From the NCBI RefSeq assembly GCF_009914755.1, contig NC_060930.1: a stretch of 64,000 nt of DNA, one strand, 5' to 3'. Below, piece by piece: positions 33,121-45,353 of this stretch; positions within the stretch are counted from its first letter, which is position 1; every line of letters begins with the position of its first letter. The notes below the pieces were generated by a model that was not told where the DNA came from, did no database searches, and was given only the letters and a program-made list of their open reading frames with translations. The stretch comes from the human T2T-CHM13v2.0 reference genome, Homo sapiens. A program made the position numbers and the translations under genes.

Positions 33121-34742
33121 ATATAAAACTTTGTACTGCATTGCAAGGCATAACCTTTAATAAATCCCAGTGGTCCTTTGTGTAGGGAACGGGGATGCTC
33201 ATAGCCTATGGGGCGGCTGGAGAACCAGTCAGGGACCCTGAGGGCTCGATGTACACTTTACATGGGTGGGCCAAGGAGTTTACACTGAGGGCACTGGTAA
33301 TACCTGTAATAGTCTTATAGTACTTATAAAGCAGTTTTGCACATAAAATACCATCATGCACTTATAAGTTTGTTCTTGGGCTGCTCCAAGTTAACTTTAT
33401 TCATTTTCCTAGTGTTAGTGTCTCAGGGAGTCTGATTATATTTTTGATTTGTAATTTCTATCTGACTAAGGCCTAGAGATTTCAAAACTGTTCTTTGCAA
33501 TTCCTCTCATACTGAACCTCTGGTTCAGCAGCTTTTTTTGTTGTTGTTGTTTTCAAGTTTTATCATTTTTGTTCCTATTTGGTTTTGTCGTTTTTAAATT
33601 GAGAATTGCTTCTAAAACAGAAGACATGAAAAGAGAATTAAAAATACAATATATGTGTAAGATAGAATTATTCAACTTAGCATTTATTAAACATCTACCA
33701 GATGATAGACATTAGAAATAAAATGACTAGCAAGACCTGGCCCTTCCCCTCAGGGGTTCACAGAATGGCTGGAGCAACTGTCATATAAGCTGTTATGAAG
33801 TGCAGAAACTACACAGACATTTGTGCGGGTTCAGACCAGCGCAATTAGAGATGGGCAGAGTGGGATGGGGTAGGGGTAAGGTGCTTGAAATTTGCCTGGG
33901 TGGGAATTTTTGAAGTATAAAAAGGACTTCTACCTGGGGGGCTGCGGCAGTAGAGGGAAGAGCACGGTCGGTACAAATGCATGGCAGGTGTGAAACAGTT
34001 TGATTTGTTCAAAGAATGATGAATCACTTAGTGTTGTATAATGGATGGGAGGAGAGAAACACAGCGATCACAAAGGGCCATGTTTGCCAAGAAATAAAAT
34101 ATACTTGGAAAAAAAGTACGTATGTGTATATACCACAAAACTCGGGTGCATTCTCTAGGGACCGGCGAAGCCATTCTTTCAGGAGATATGCTCAGCATTT
34201 GCCACGGGCCAGCTGCTGTTCCAGGTCGTGGGTTAGGGCCCGGCACCAGGAAGGGCGCCCCTCCCACAGGGCCGACATCCTAACCGGCGTCGCTGCGGCC
34301 GCGGAGCTGGGAAGGCCGAGGGCGCCGGGCACGTCTGTGCAGATTTCTTTAGAGTCCAGGTCTGTCGCCCGCGTCTTCGTCGGTGGCAGCAGGGCTGACT
34401 GGCCACGGCGGCCATCTGCTAGAGCGCATTTCTTCCCATGAAACGCCACCTCCTCCGAAGTGCGGAGCGAACGCAGCCAAATCTACACAAAGACTGACAA
34501 GCTGGATCCACTCGACGGAACCCAGGGCCAAAAAACGGCGGCGAGCAGCGCCTCGGGCCCGCGATTACCGGTTTTCTGAGCACCGGACAGCGTGAGCCGT
34601 GCCAGCCCTGTCTCGCCATCCCAGCCGAGGAGGGCAGCGCGATGGCTCTTCCCTGCCTTGAAATCAACCCCATTGCCAGCCGCTTTCGCCGGCAGAGCAT
34701 TTTCCGTGGGGTCCATCCGGCTCCACGGCGGCCTGCGCTGGC

Positions 34743-34892
34743 CACGTGGAAAGAAACACGCCCACTGCCTACAGGCCACGCCCTTCCTCCCTTCGCGCAT
34801 GCGCCCCACCCGTCCTGAGGACCTCCGAACCTGCAGGGGGCGATGAAAGTAGGCTTGCGCTCCGCTTGTAGCTGCTTCCGGGTCAGAGGTCA
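34743..34892 (+). promoter_or_regulatory. NOL7 proximal motif cluster: E-box, KLF/SP, NRF1, ETS, DR1
   Basis: CACGTG 34743; CCACGCCC 34776; GCGCATGCGC 34795; CTTCCGG 34875; GGGTCA-G-AGGTCA 34880-34892. Confidence 0.7.
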
Positions 34893-34915
34893 GACGGTCT
34901 AGCGCTGCGTGGGCC

Positions 34916-35181
34916 ATGGTGCAGCTCCGACCGCGAGCGTCTCGCGCCCCGGCGTCGGCGGAGGCGATGGTGGACGAGGGCCAGCTGGCCTCGGAGGAGG
35001 AGGAGGCGGAGCACGGGCTGTTGCTCGGGCAGCCCAGCAGCGGCGCGGCCGCCGAGCCCCTGGAGGAAGACGAGGAAGGGGACGATGAGTTTGACGATGA
35101 GGCCCCGGAGGAGCTGACTTTCGCCAGCGCCCAGGCGGAAGCGAGAGAAGAGGAGCGGCGAGTGCGGGAGACCGTGCGCAG
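34916..35181 (+). CDS. NOL7: NOL7 exon 1 (acidic N-terminus)
   Basis: gccATGg strong Kozak; [22 protein letters not shown]...[10 protein letters not shown]...RETVR; donor cag|gttcgg. Confidence 0.96.
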
Positions 35182-35268
35182 GTTCGGAGCCCGCTGCCCG
35201 GCGGGGAGAACCGCCCTTTCTCGTCCCGCTTGTCCTTCCCTTTGCTGACTTATCACCCTTCCTCCCAG

Positions 35269-35329
35269 GGATAAAACGCTCCTGAAGGAGAAGAGGAAGC
35301 GACGCGAGGAGCTGTTCATCGAACAGAAG
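35269..35329 (+). CDS. NOL7: NOL7 exon 2
   Basis: cccag|ggat ... gaag|gttaga; RDKTLLKEKRKRREELFIEQK. Confidence 0.95.
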
Positions 35330-35471
35330 GTTAGAGGCTAGGGAGGAGGTGTCTTATTAAAACAACTCGGCTCAGGGAGAATTCCTATGGTGGATGTAAT
35401 TTGGGTTGGCAGGATATTGGAGTGGGGAAACAGTCACCAAGATTGCCTCTGACAGTGGTGGAAAGATGCTC

Positions 35472-35603
35472 GGGCCGGGCGCGGCAGTACTTTAGTTGGA
35501 CGAGGTGGGCGGAGCCCGGGATGTCGAGGCTGCCTGGAGCCGAGATCACACCACTGCGCTCCAGCCTGGGCGACAGAGCGAGACCCTGTCTCAAAAAAAA
35601 AAA
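35472..35603 (+). mobile_element. Alu monomer, CpG-rich
   Basis: ggccgggcgcgg...ccactgcgctccagcctgggcgacagagcgagaccctgtctc(A)n. Confidence 0.85.
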
Positions 35604-36019
35604 GTTCGTCTCCTTTAGTGTCCACCAACTGAAAATAAGAGGTTGCTGTGAGAATTAAATGAGGTGATTTGTAAACTGTAAGGGCTGTACAGACTTAGTG
35701 TATGGTTGCTTTGCTGTCTGATACTCGACACAGAGAGCTGGCTCCAGGCAGACATTACTTAACTGCTTTCAATTTATAACAGTGACCTGAGGGTTAGAAT
35801 ACCGTGGGCACCCTTTCTAGTTTTCATCAAGTCTTTCAGAGAATGTGGAGTTTTGTGGACCCGGTCTTCCCATAGCTTAGAGGTATGGGGGCAGTTTCCA
35901 GCCTAATTCATTTCTTTGCCTAGATGTAGGGCATTCTTAAAAGCGGTAACTTCAGAAGCAACTCCGGACATACTATGTACATGACTTTCTATTAATTTTA
36001 AACGTTTTCATTCCAAAAG

Positions 36020-36078
36020 AAAAGAAAACTCCTTCCAGACACTATTTTGGAGAAGTTAACCACAGCTTCACAGACTAA
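36020..36078 (+). CDS. NOL7: NOL7 exon 3
   Basis: caaaag|aaaag ... ctaa|gtaagt; KRKLLPDTILEKLTTASQT. Confidence 0.93.
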
Positions 36079-37326
36079 GTAAGTAATGGATCTTTTTATA
36101 TTACTTGCTTATATACACCCATCTTTGAATTATATACTGGTACATTTATTTGAATCCATATAACTGAAGGAATTGTAGAACCCAAATTCAAAAGCTACCT
36201 TGGTATATGAATTTGATGGGAAAGACGGAGGTAACGTTCTACTTCTTATTTTACCATTTATTTTTGTTCATTCCCATAGCTAGCTTTTGAATTCCTGATC
36301 CCATTGTGTTCATTCAGTACATTTTGTTGACTGCCTGTCATTGTACTAGGGCATAGTGGGTGGTGGTGAATAAAAAGTGTTTTGAATCATTTAGTGGGGT
36401 AGCAGGCACTTATCCACAGGCTCTGAAAACTTGATTTGTCCCATACTTGCCTTACCTGCCACCAACCTGTCCTTCCTGTTCCCCACTTCATTTAGCATCT
36501 TTGGTGTTTTATGGTTTAAAGCGAAAAGCTATAGTCGTCTTTGGGAATTGATCAAACCCTACTAAATTTAGCCTTCTAAATTTTTTTTTTTCTATCCTCT
36601 TTTTCTCCCCTTAAGGCTTTAAATTCAGAAATTCAGCCCCCTTTTGCTTAGGCCAGTGACTCTCAAGTTTTCAGTAAAAAAACTTTACCAAAGAGTTACT
36701 CAGATCCTGAATACATTAAACGTAAGAGCAAATCTATTTGGTGGCAAATTCCCTTTCATCTTTTAAAACCAAGCTCAAGTGTCACCTTTACCTTCTCATT
36801 TGCCCCCCCCCACCTCCCATCACTTCCGCTTTTGTGTGGCCTTTCTCCTGTGCAAATGCTTCTGTATTGTATTCTGTCCATTTACATTTCTCTCTCCATT
36901 GGGCCACAGCCCCCTTGAGGCTGTTCCCTGTCTCCTGTGCCTAAACTATTAAATTAATCCTTTGTGATTTCTCCAAATGAAATGAGGCAGACCTACTCCC
37001 ATTCACTTCATATTTCAAATACTTTATAACTTGTTCTGAACAAGTGTTTCACTTGAACTCCATTGCCCACAGCATTTTGCTGCTTTGAAAGCCTGCTAAT
37101 AGGCTCTCAGATTTTAACTGTGAAGATCTTCCAATGCTTGAGAGTTGGTGGCAGTGTACTAGGGAGTGACTATTGCTTTCCAAACTGATGAGAGCTCCTG
37201 AGTAGAAATTGAGGGTGTTGGTAATGAAAGGGGGTGTCTTACTTGTAAAGGCAAATGAAATAATATAACATGTTTTGAGTAATCTTTACTGCCATTGCAG
37301 TCAGTGGTTTTGTTTTTTTTCCTTAG

Positions 37327-37358
37327 CATCAAGAAATCGCCAGGAAAGGTGAAAGAAG
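37327..37358 (+). CDS. NOL7: NOL7 exon 4 (32 nt)
   Basis: cttag|catc ... gaag|gtatga; NIKKSPGKVKE. Confidence 0.93.
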
Positions 37359-37614
37359 GTATGACTATTCTAATTTAACTAACTTCTCATGTAAGTGTCA
37401 AGTGCACTTGCAGATGTTTCCAGTCAAATATGAATGGCCCTTAGAAAGCCAGCATGGGCCTGGCCAAGGTTAGCTGGGGCCTATTCCCTGTATTTCATAC
37501 AAATAAAAACTGCATCCACATTGGTGTGTAGTGGATGCTTAAAGTGAACTCCAGTAAATTTCCTGATTTATTTTTACGTGAATGCTAATTAGAAAATGTA
37601 ACTCTATTTTTTAG

Positions 37615-37696
37615 TTAATTTGCAAAAGAAAAATGAAGACTGTGAAAAAGGAAATGACTCCAAGAAAGTTAAAGTACAAAAAGTACAGTCTGTCAG
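37615..37696 (+). CDS. NOL7: NOL7 exon 5
   Basis: tttag|ttaat ... tcag|gtaatg; [27 protein letters not shown]. Confidence 0.94.
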
Positions 37697-37778
37697 GTAA
37701 TGAGTCTTTTGTTTCATTTGGGATGTAAAGGAGACCTTTAAGAGAGTTAAAGTATTGGCTAACATGGGAAAATATTTT

Positions 37779-38103
<325 letters not shown>

Positions 38104-38164
38104 GGGAAAATATTTTAATTAGTAGTAATTTCAGATTGTCGTCTCTGTGGAAAAACCAATTTTG

Positions 38165-38457
38165 GGCCGGGCATGTTTGCTTACACTTGTAATCCCAGCG
38201 TTTTGGGAGGCTGAAGCAGGTGGATTGCTTGAGTCCAGAATTTCAAGACCAGCCTAGGCAACATGGTAAAACCCAGTCTCTACACAAAATAAAAAAAGTA
38301 AGCTGGGCGTGCTGGTGTGCACCTGTATTCCCAGCTACTCCAGAGGCCAAGGTGGGAGGATCACTTGAGCCCAGGAGGTCGAGGCTGCAGTGAGGCGAGA
38401 TTGTGCCACTGCACTACAGCCTGAGCGACAGAGTGAGACCCTGTCTCAAAAAAAAAA
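38165..38457 (+). mobile_element. AluJ-like
   Basis: Sense Alu. Confidence 0.9.
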
Positions 38458-39430
38458 TCGGTTTTCATAAAAAAATAAAGATCAGTTGAACACTTTGTCT
38501 TTGCAGGTCCTGCAGGTTAAGTTCAAAAACTTTTTTTTAGTGGTTTTATTATTGAGAAAATTTCATTTCACCTCTCCCAATAGATAGATGTTTATTTCAA
38601 GATACACTGCAGCCTACTGTCAGCACTTCAAACTTGCCAGCCTACTCTTATTCAGGCAGTTTAATTTTTCTGGCTGCTGAATGTTCCTCCAGTCACCAGC
38701 CCTTATGGTGCATGGTGCTGATGCAAAGACAGTCATTCCAATGGAAAGCTTGTTCACCACTATTGCCAGTCATGGCAATTCTTCAAAAGGAGTCATTTTT
38801 CACAAAATTCAACCTTTCCCTGACAATATGGCCTTATCTTCTATTCTTATGGTCTACAGAAGTCACAGAGAAAGTGCCTATTGCTGTTACTGGAATTTTG
38901 GCCGATACTGTGGACGATGTCTGTAGTATCTGTCTTGAAGTCCACAGGCATTCGTTTGAGTTGCATTCAGTACAGCTTGGTGGTCCAAATCATTACTTGC
39001 AAATCGGTGTTTTAGCCACAAGATCAAATATAGAAACAAATGTAAAGCAAAGTGCAAGACCATGAGAGGAATTCATCACAGTATGTTGGACTTTTCATTT
39101 GGAAAAACTTATTTGGCACAATCGATTTGGAAATCATGCTGTCAATTCTCTTTTACTACATGTATCCGAACAATTTCCTGTTAACTAATGTTTTGACTTT
39201 TGGTTTTAGTATATTTTAGTACAAAAGTCCAGGAACAAGTTCTTCAGTTGGATCTATCTGAGATGCTGATTGTTCAACTGATGAACAAAACCACCATGTG
39301 CTCTACTAAAATATGAGTGTCTGTTTCTTGTAGTCCTTGTAATTTAGTTTTATCCTATCTGTGCATATATAAAATTAGTTTCATTTATCACTATGAGACA
39401 AATGATAAAAATATTTTAAAGTAAGCATGT

Positions 39431-39717
39431 AGCCTGGGCACGGTGGCTCATGCCTGTAATCCCAGCACTTTGGGAGGCCGAGGCTGGTGGATCACAAGGT
39501 CAGGAGTTCGAGACCAGCCTGGCCAACATGGTGAAACCCCGTCTCTACTGAAAATAAAAAAATTAGCTGGGCATGGTGGCAGGCACCTGTAATCCCACTA
39601 TTCAGGAGGCTGAGGCAGGCAAGTTGCTTGAACCTGGGAGGCAGAAGTTGCAGTGAGCTGAGATCGCGCAGCCTGGGTGACAGAGCGAGACTCTGTCTCA
39701 GGAAGAAAAAAAAAAGA
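39431..39717 (+). mobile_element. AluS
   Basis: Sense Alu; TSD aaagtaagcatgt. Confidence 0.92.
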
Positions 39718-39764
39718 AAGTAAGCATGTGTAATTCTTATTTAACCTTTTATATTGATCAACAG

Positions 39765-39886
39765 CCAGAATAAAAGCTACTTGGCCGTAAGGCTAAAAGA
39801 CCAAGATCTGAGAGATTCAAGGCAACAAGCAGCACAAGCCTTCATACATAATTCATTATATGGGCCAGGAACCAACAGGACTACTG
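39765..39886 (+). CDS. NOL7: NOL7 exon 6
   Basis: aacag|ccag ... actg|gtaatt; [41 protein letters not shown]. Confidence 0.95.
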
Positions 39887-39964
39887 GTAATTTTTTTATG
39901 GACTATTTTTCTCACTTTTTACTGCAAATAAAACTGTGAAATGATAAATACCTTTCTTTTCTAG

Positions 39965-40042
39965 TAAATAAGTTCCTGTCTCTTGCCAACAAGAGGTTAC
40001 CAGTGAAAAGAGCTGCTGTCCAGTTTTTGAATAATGCTTGGG
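39965..40042 (+). CDS. NOL7: NOL7 exon 7
   Basis: tctag|taaat ... tggg|gtaaga; [26 protein letters not shown]. Confidence 0.95.
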
Positions 40043-40310
40043 GTAAGATCCAGCTTTATTCTCCTGTCTCTAATAGCTTTATATGTTGAATAATGTTCTT
40101 TTGAAGGAGATAGTTCATAATTATACTTTTCCCCCTTATAATGGCTTATATATTAAGTTACTTGTGAAAAACAGGTCAATGTAGTATGTATATACATCTA
40201 ATGTATAATAAGCCCACCCAGTTTTAGTAATTACATTCATATAGAGTAATTAAAAAAATTTTGAATTATGTTTTTCTAATATACTTACTGCAGAAAACTT
40301 TATATTCTAG

Positions 40311-40384
40311 GAATCCAAAAAAAACAAAATGCCAAGAGGTTTAAAAGACGGTGGATGGTCAGAAAGATGAAAACTAAGAAGTAA
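40311..40384 (+). CDS. NOL7: NOL7 exon 8 (basic C-terminus)
   Basis: tctag|gaatc; [24 protein letters not shown]; summed CDS 774 nt = 257 aa. Confidence 0.95.
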
Positions 40385-40432
40385 ATCAATGCTAAATGAA
40401 GAATCTGTACTTTGTATGTATAGAATTTATCT

Positions 40433-40438
40433 AATAAA
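40433..40438 (+). terminator. NOL7 poly(A) signal
   Basis: AATAAA about 50 nt after the stop codon. Confidence 0.7.
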
Positions 40439-41100
40439 TCATTCATAGATCATTTTAAAGGATCATTATAAAAATCATAAACCTATTTGAGGAAGTGCTC
40501 AACCACATTTCATTCTTCTGGAGTAGAACTGTGCCTTGCAATCCTAGAGGAAAAAGTGGTTTAAGAAGGAATTGTTTTCTTTTTAATATATTTAACTGAA
40601 TTCAAGCCATACCCACATCAGCAACAGCACCTCTTCTACTCTCCCCGGGTTAGAGGGGTGGCAAAAATGGCACGGACTAAAAGGAGAAATGGATATTCCA
40701 GCAAAGTCTCTAACTGCAGCCTGTAGACAATTTGCTATTAAAGATTCAGTGCACAAAATATAGCTAACAGCTTTTAAATTTTTACTTTTAACCAGTCTGG
40801 GGATTTGCTTGCCTGGTGAGTCTCATATGCCATATTATGAATATGAAAATAATGAAGTTAATTTCCTGTTGCCTTTCTGTGTCAGCCACAATATCAGGTC
40901 TAACCCTAATCCAGGGATGCCAGTAAACTGAAGGCAATTTTAGGTTGTAGAACTCAGATTAATTGTAGAAACCATTAATTTTAATTGCTCTAATTTTCAT
41001 AGTAATCATAAAAAGTATGCAAGTACCTAATATATAAACTCAATTGACACTGTATCTGTAGAAGTAAATTTTTAATGGCTGGTTAATTATATCACTACAT

Positions 41101-41106
41101 TTTATT
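41101..41106 (-). terminator. RANBP9 poly(A) signal
   Basis: TTTATT on + = AATAAA on -, about 815 nt past the RANBP9 stop. Confidence 0.65.
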
Positions 41107-41919
41107 GCAATATAGTACTCATTTAAGCACTTAAAAATGGAAGGTGTACAAAGATTAAATTAAGACACGGTAAATTGACTAAATATTTGGTTTTTATATA
41201 AATAAAGGTCATAACCACACCGTTGACATGTAATACTGTTATAATACAACAGTTAAACTTGTGAGTCTACAACAGAAGTCATCTGTAGTTAAACAGGAAA
41301 CAAAGTTGAAAAAGACCATGTTAAAACAAAACTACTGGGACTAACAGGTCGGGATTGTAAGTAGCAACAAACATATTCACTCAGCTCCTGAGTATTTCAA
41401 GTTTTACAGTACACATTAAAAATGATTTCTTCCATCAACACTATAAATTCAAACTGTCCGGATGTTTATGCATTTTGCAAGTTACACTGATTGAATGCTT
41501 ATATGGGAGTGGGGGTCGGAACATCTCCCAATTTGAAGTTTACATCACCCACATGCTAACACAAACACAACTTGTTCCATTTCCTTCCCCTCTCTCCCCC
41601 CTCCCCCACAAAGAAGGCAGGATTTTTGGTTTCTTTTAGGTAATTGTTTTAAAGGATTTGTGATGATCAATTTGAACGTCTGAAATTCAGTAATATTTAA
41701 CTCTTAGACAACTAAGAGGTTAAAGATGGAAAATAATTTCTCCTAACACTAAGTTAGAAAATCATTTGCATCATGCTGTAAACTAGGAAGCAATGTAAAG
41801 CGACAAAAACCTGTCCCCAGTACATAATTTAAAAAATCTAAATTTCAAATCAGCAGAGCTGGTCTACTTCCATGTTGACTATATGCCACAATATAAGTGT
41901 GAGCTCTTGAAATGCATAG

Positions 41920-42050
41920 CTAATGTAGGTAGTCTTCCACTGTGGCAAATGCGCAGGATCCAATTCCTGATCGAGCCATCAGTCCTAGACATTGTGTGGC
42001 CTGTCCCATTGCTAGGGCAAGTGGAGGTTGCTTTGGCAGATTGTGGGTTT
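41920..42050 (-). CDS. RANBP9: RANBP9 last coding exon (CRA C-terminus)
   Basis: minus ctcag|aaacc; [43 protein letters not shown]. Confidence 0.96.
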
Positions 42051-45000
42051 CTGAGGAAAAATAATTTAAAAATGAGAACAGCAATTAGCAAGACATTTTA
42101 AAAAACATTTCAATCAGGAGAATACTGCAATGACTTTAAAAACTACCACTCCCATACCACTCTGAAATATCAGCAAATGAAGGTTTCTAAGCAAAAGACA
42201 GATGCCGCCTTGGACATACTATTCTGACAAGGTAGTGTGGGTATTGTGTATTCAACTATAAGATAAACTCTGGCAGAATCAGACTTTTAAAGTATCAGAT
42301 ACTAAAATACTTCCATATTAACTATGATGGGAAAGGTACAATTTTTTATCTGATATTTGGAGTGGAGAGTAAGGAATTATTTCCCTTCTGGTTGATCAAA
42401 GTCAGTTGATACTAACTAAAACTAAAAAAGGCACCAGGTTTTCATTACAAGTTTCCACTGATGGGTTCTTCCACCTCTGTGGATAGGACCAAACAGGCTG
42501 CCTAGCCATCTCCAAGGCATATATAGGTAATGTTATTTGGGCTGGTGGGGAGTAAGTGGTGGTGGTGACAGTGAGAGAACATACAGCAGAGCCACCCCAC
42601 AGTTTTGGAGGTGCTAATTTACAGTGGACAGTTCAGACATTTAAAAAAACGCCAATAAATTTTCAGGGTCCTGCATATCATAAGTTTCTTTGTCAGACAT
42701 TTGTAGTACAAATGCAATAATTAACAAAATTTGTTCCTTGCCAGAGATGGAAAAAAATGAACTAATGGTAAAAGTGGCCAGACTCAGAAGCTGGTAATTT
42801 CTCTTTATGAGAAGGCAATGTCCAAACTAATCAATAAAATTACTAATCAGTTCTTTATAGGCACAGTTGACAACAAAGGGCAAAAACAGTTGACACATGG
42901 CTAGGAAGGCTTCATATGGTTTAACTCCACTCTTGGTTCAGAGGATGCAATTTGATGGTGGAAGAAAGAAGAGGAAATTTCCAAAAGGGAAAAAGCACAA
43001 TATCAGAAAGAAGCAAATTCAGGACTTAAAGGTAGAAGAGAAAACAAAAACAGGATTAAGAATAAACGTGTGCAAAAAAGGGCACATAGATTGATGAGAA
43101 AGTGTGGTGTCTTGAGGGTTCACAGGGAAGACCGTGCTCAAAGACAAACATCTACAGGGAATATTTTTTTAATTTTATTTTGGCCAAAGGAAGCATCTGG
43201 CGATGCATCTTTAACTTTTTTGGATGTATGAAATTTTCATAACACTATATAGATGGACCTACATAATATAGCATGGTATTTATAAACATATACATGCCCA
43301 TCTATAGCAGTTTAATAATTGTGTCATTAATTTTACAGGAATCGCATACATTTATATTAATAAGATTAAGCACTATTTATGGCTGAATCTACATAATATA
43401 GCACAATATGTAAGAGTATATGTGTCTATAGATAATGGTGCTCAACAATTAAATTCCCTTGAAGAACTCAAGAAACTAAATTGTAAGAAAACTGGTCACT
43501 TTAAAGATTAGTATCATCTAATAATTAGGTCTTAATGATTACCTACAATATAACTTCAAAAAGACATTTATAGTAAACCATAATTTTCCTTACAATTCCA
43601 GCATTATTACTAAGTTACTTTTACCAACGGAGCTAAATGAATTTTGTAGAACCAATGAAAATATAACACATTAACCAAAGAAAATTCACATTTATATACA
43701 AATCCTAAATTCCGGAGAACTACAACACTGAGGACACTACTCCTATTCCCAAACTTCAGTATTGGTCCTTAACAAATTAATAAATTTTCTAAGGGCAAAG
43801 AAACAGACTGAGTCTTAAATATGAATGCTTTTCATTGCTTCCTTTACATTCTTGCTGTAAGAGTCCTGGCCCTCATTGCAAGTCTCCCTATCTAAACTAC
43901 TCTTTCATCTACTTTTTGTGGCACTGCCCTCATCTTCCTAAACTAGTTTGAAATATGTGACTAAAAGTCCCTGAACCTTGCAGGGCCAAACAGCACAGCA
44001 CAGACTTCTAAACTAGACTGGAGTCCCAATTACCTGGGAATTAGACTCTGAAGTCAAATGAAAACTCACTCTTTATATAAATTACCTTTGATGAGAACTG
44101 CCCAAAACTCAAACTTGTTTTATGTAAACAATCGACCCTATCACATTTATATAGAAATGCACAATATGTGCAGTTACACAATTCATATAAAAAGTACTTG
44201 TTCAGTATATAAATACTATAATCACAAACGCTACAGTGAGCTGCTCATAGGAATGGCAACCAAACGAACATCGAATTAGCGTTTCGCACTTCATGCTCAC
44301 CCCTGGCTAAGCCTCGCCTTTTAAATTGCTTTTCTCTTCCTCACCCACCCTTTTTATTGGGTAAGGGCATGTAGTTGAATCCGGCTAATATAAATGCAAA
44401 TAGAATGTGACATCAAGGCTTGATCCTGCCGGGTACTCACAAGTCATCAGGAAGCCCCTTGTGCCCATATTCATAAGCATGGTGGGAGCTGTGATACCAG
44501 TGGCTTAGGCTGCTGCTAACCCATTGCAAATTTAGCTCAAGCAAAATGGTTGGGAACCAGGTAACAGGGGAGGACCAGCTAGGAATCCTGCCCTCTACTG
44601 GATCAGTTTGAGCTTCTCTGATATTCAAGCTCTTCACTCCCTTACTTCCATTTTCATTCTCTCCATCAAAACCTTTCTTGACCTCTTTTCTTCAAATGTA
44701 CCCTGTTCCCTTCTAGCCTAACTCTTGTGACAATTATTAGTCTATGTTCTTAACGTTCTCCGATTCCTTCTACAGCAGCCAAACGAGAGAATGCCACCCA
44801 ATTCCTAGCCTAGAAATCAGTGGCAGAAAATGCCTTTCACTAAAGAGGGCTGTAAGGAATGTCTCTGGTAGGGTAGTATTTTGAATTATACACAAGGACC
44901 ACCAAATCTCTCATTCTAATGAGAGAAGTAGACATTCGTGGCTACCAGAAATGCTTACATACATGCACACAAAAACTTCTATTTCCCAAACATCCCAAGT

Positions 45001-45206
45001 TGTACCCCATCTTACTGTTTTTATTCTATTTAAATCCATTTGAATCTGGAATTAAAGGAGGGGGTTTCTATATTTTAGGTATTTTTATATTTTAAAAATA
45101 TAGAAAACATTTTCCTGATGATTTTACCAAAGTGTAAATGCCAGTACAAACACCCTCTCTTAAATTTTCAGAGAATCTAACTGAAATTGTGCCTTATTTG
45201 GCTTTA

Positions 45207-45353
<147 letters not shown>

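Larger units (their letters stand above)
34140..35600. promoter_or_regulatory. CpG island / NOL7 promoter
   Basis: Sharp rise in GC and CpG density spanning the NOL7 upstream region and exons 1-2. Confidence 0.92.

Noticed and set aside
33853-33876. G-quadruplex-like motif
   Set aside because: Common motif with no contextual evidence of function.
34483-35319. 278-aa minus-strand ORF
   Set aside because: Antisense shadow of GC-rich NOL7 exons 1-2 and the CpG island; Ser-rich mirror of Glu codons, no recognisable domain.
44630-44780. Pyrimidine tracts with AG on the + strand in the last RANBP9 intron
   Set aside because: No convincing downstream donor or reading frame.
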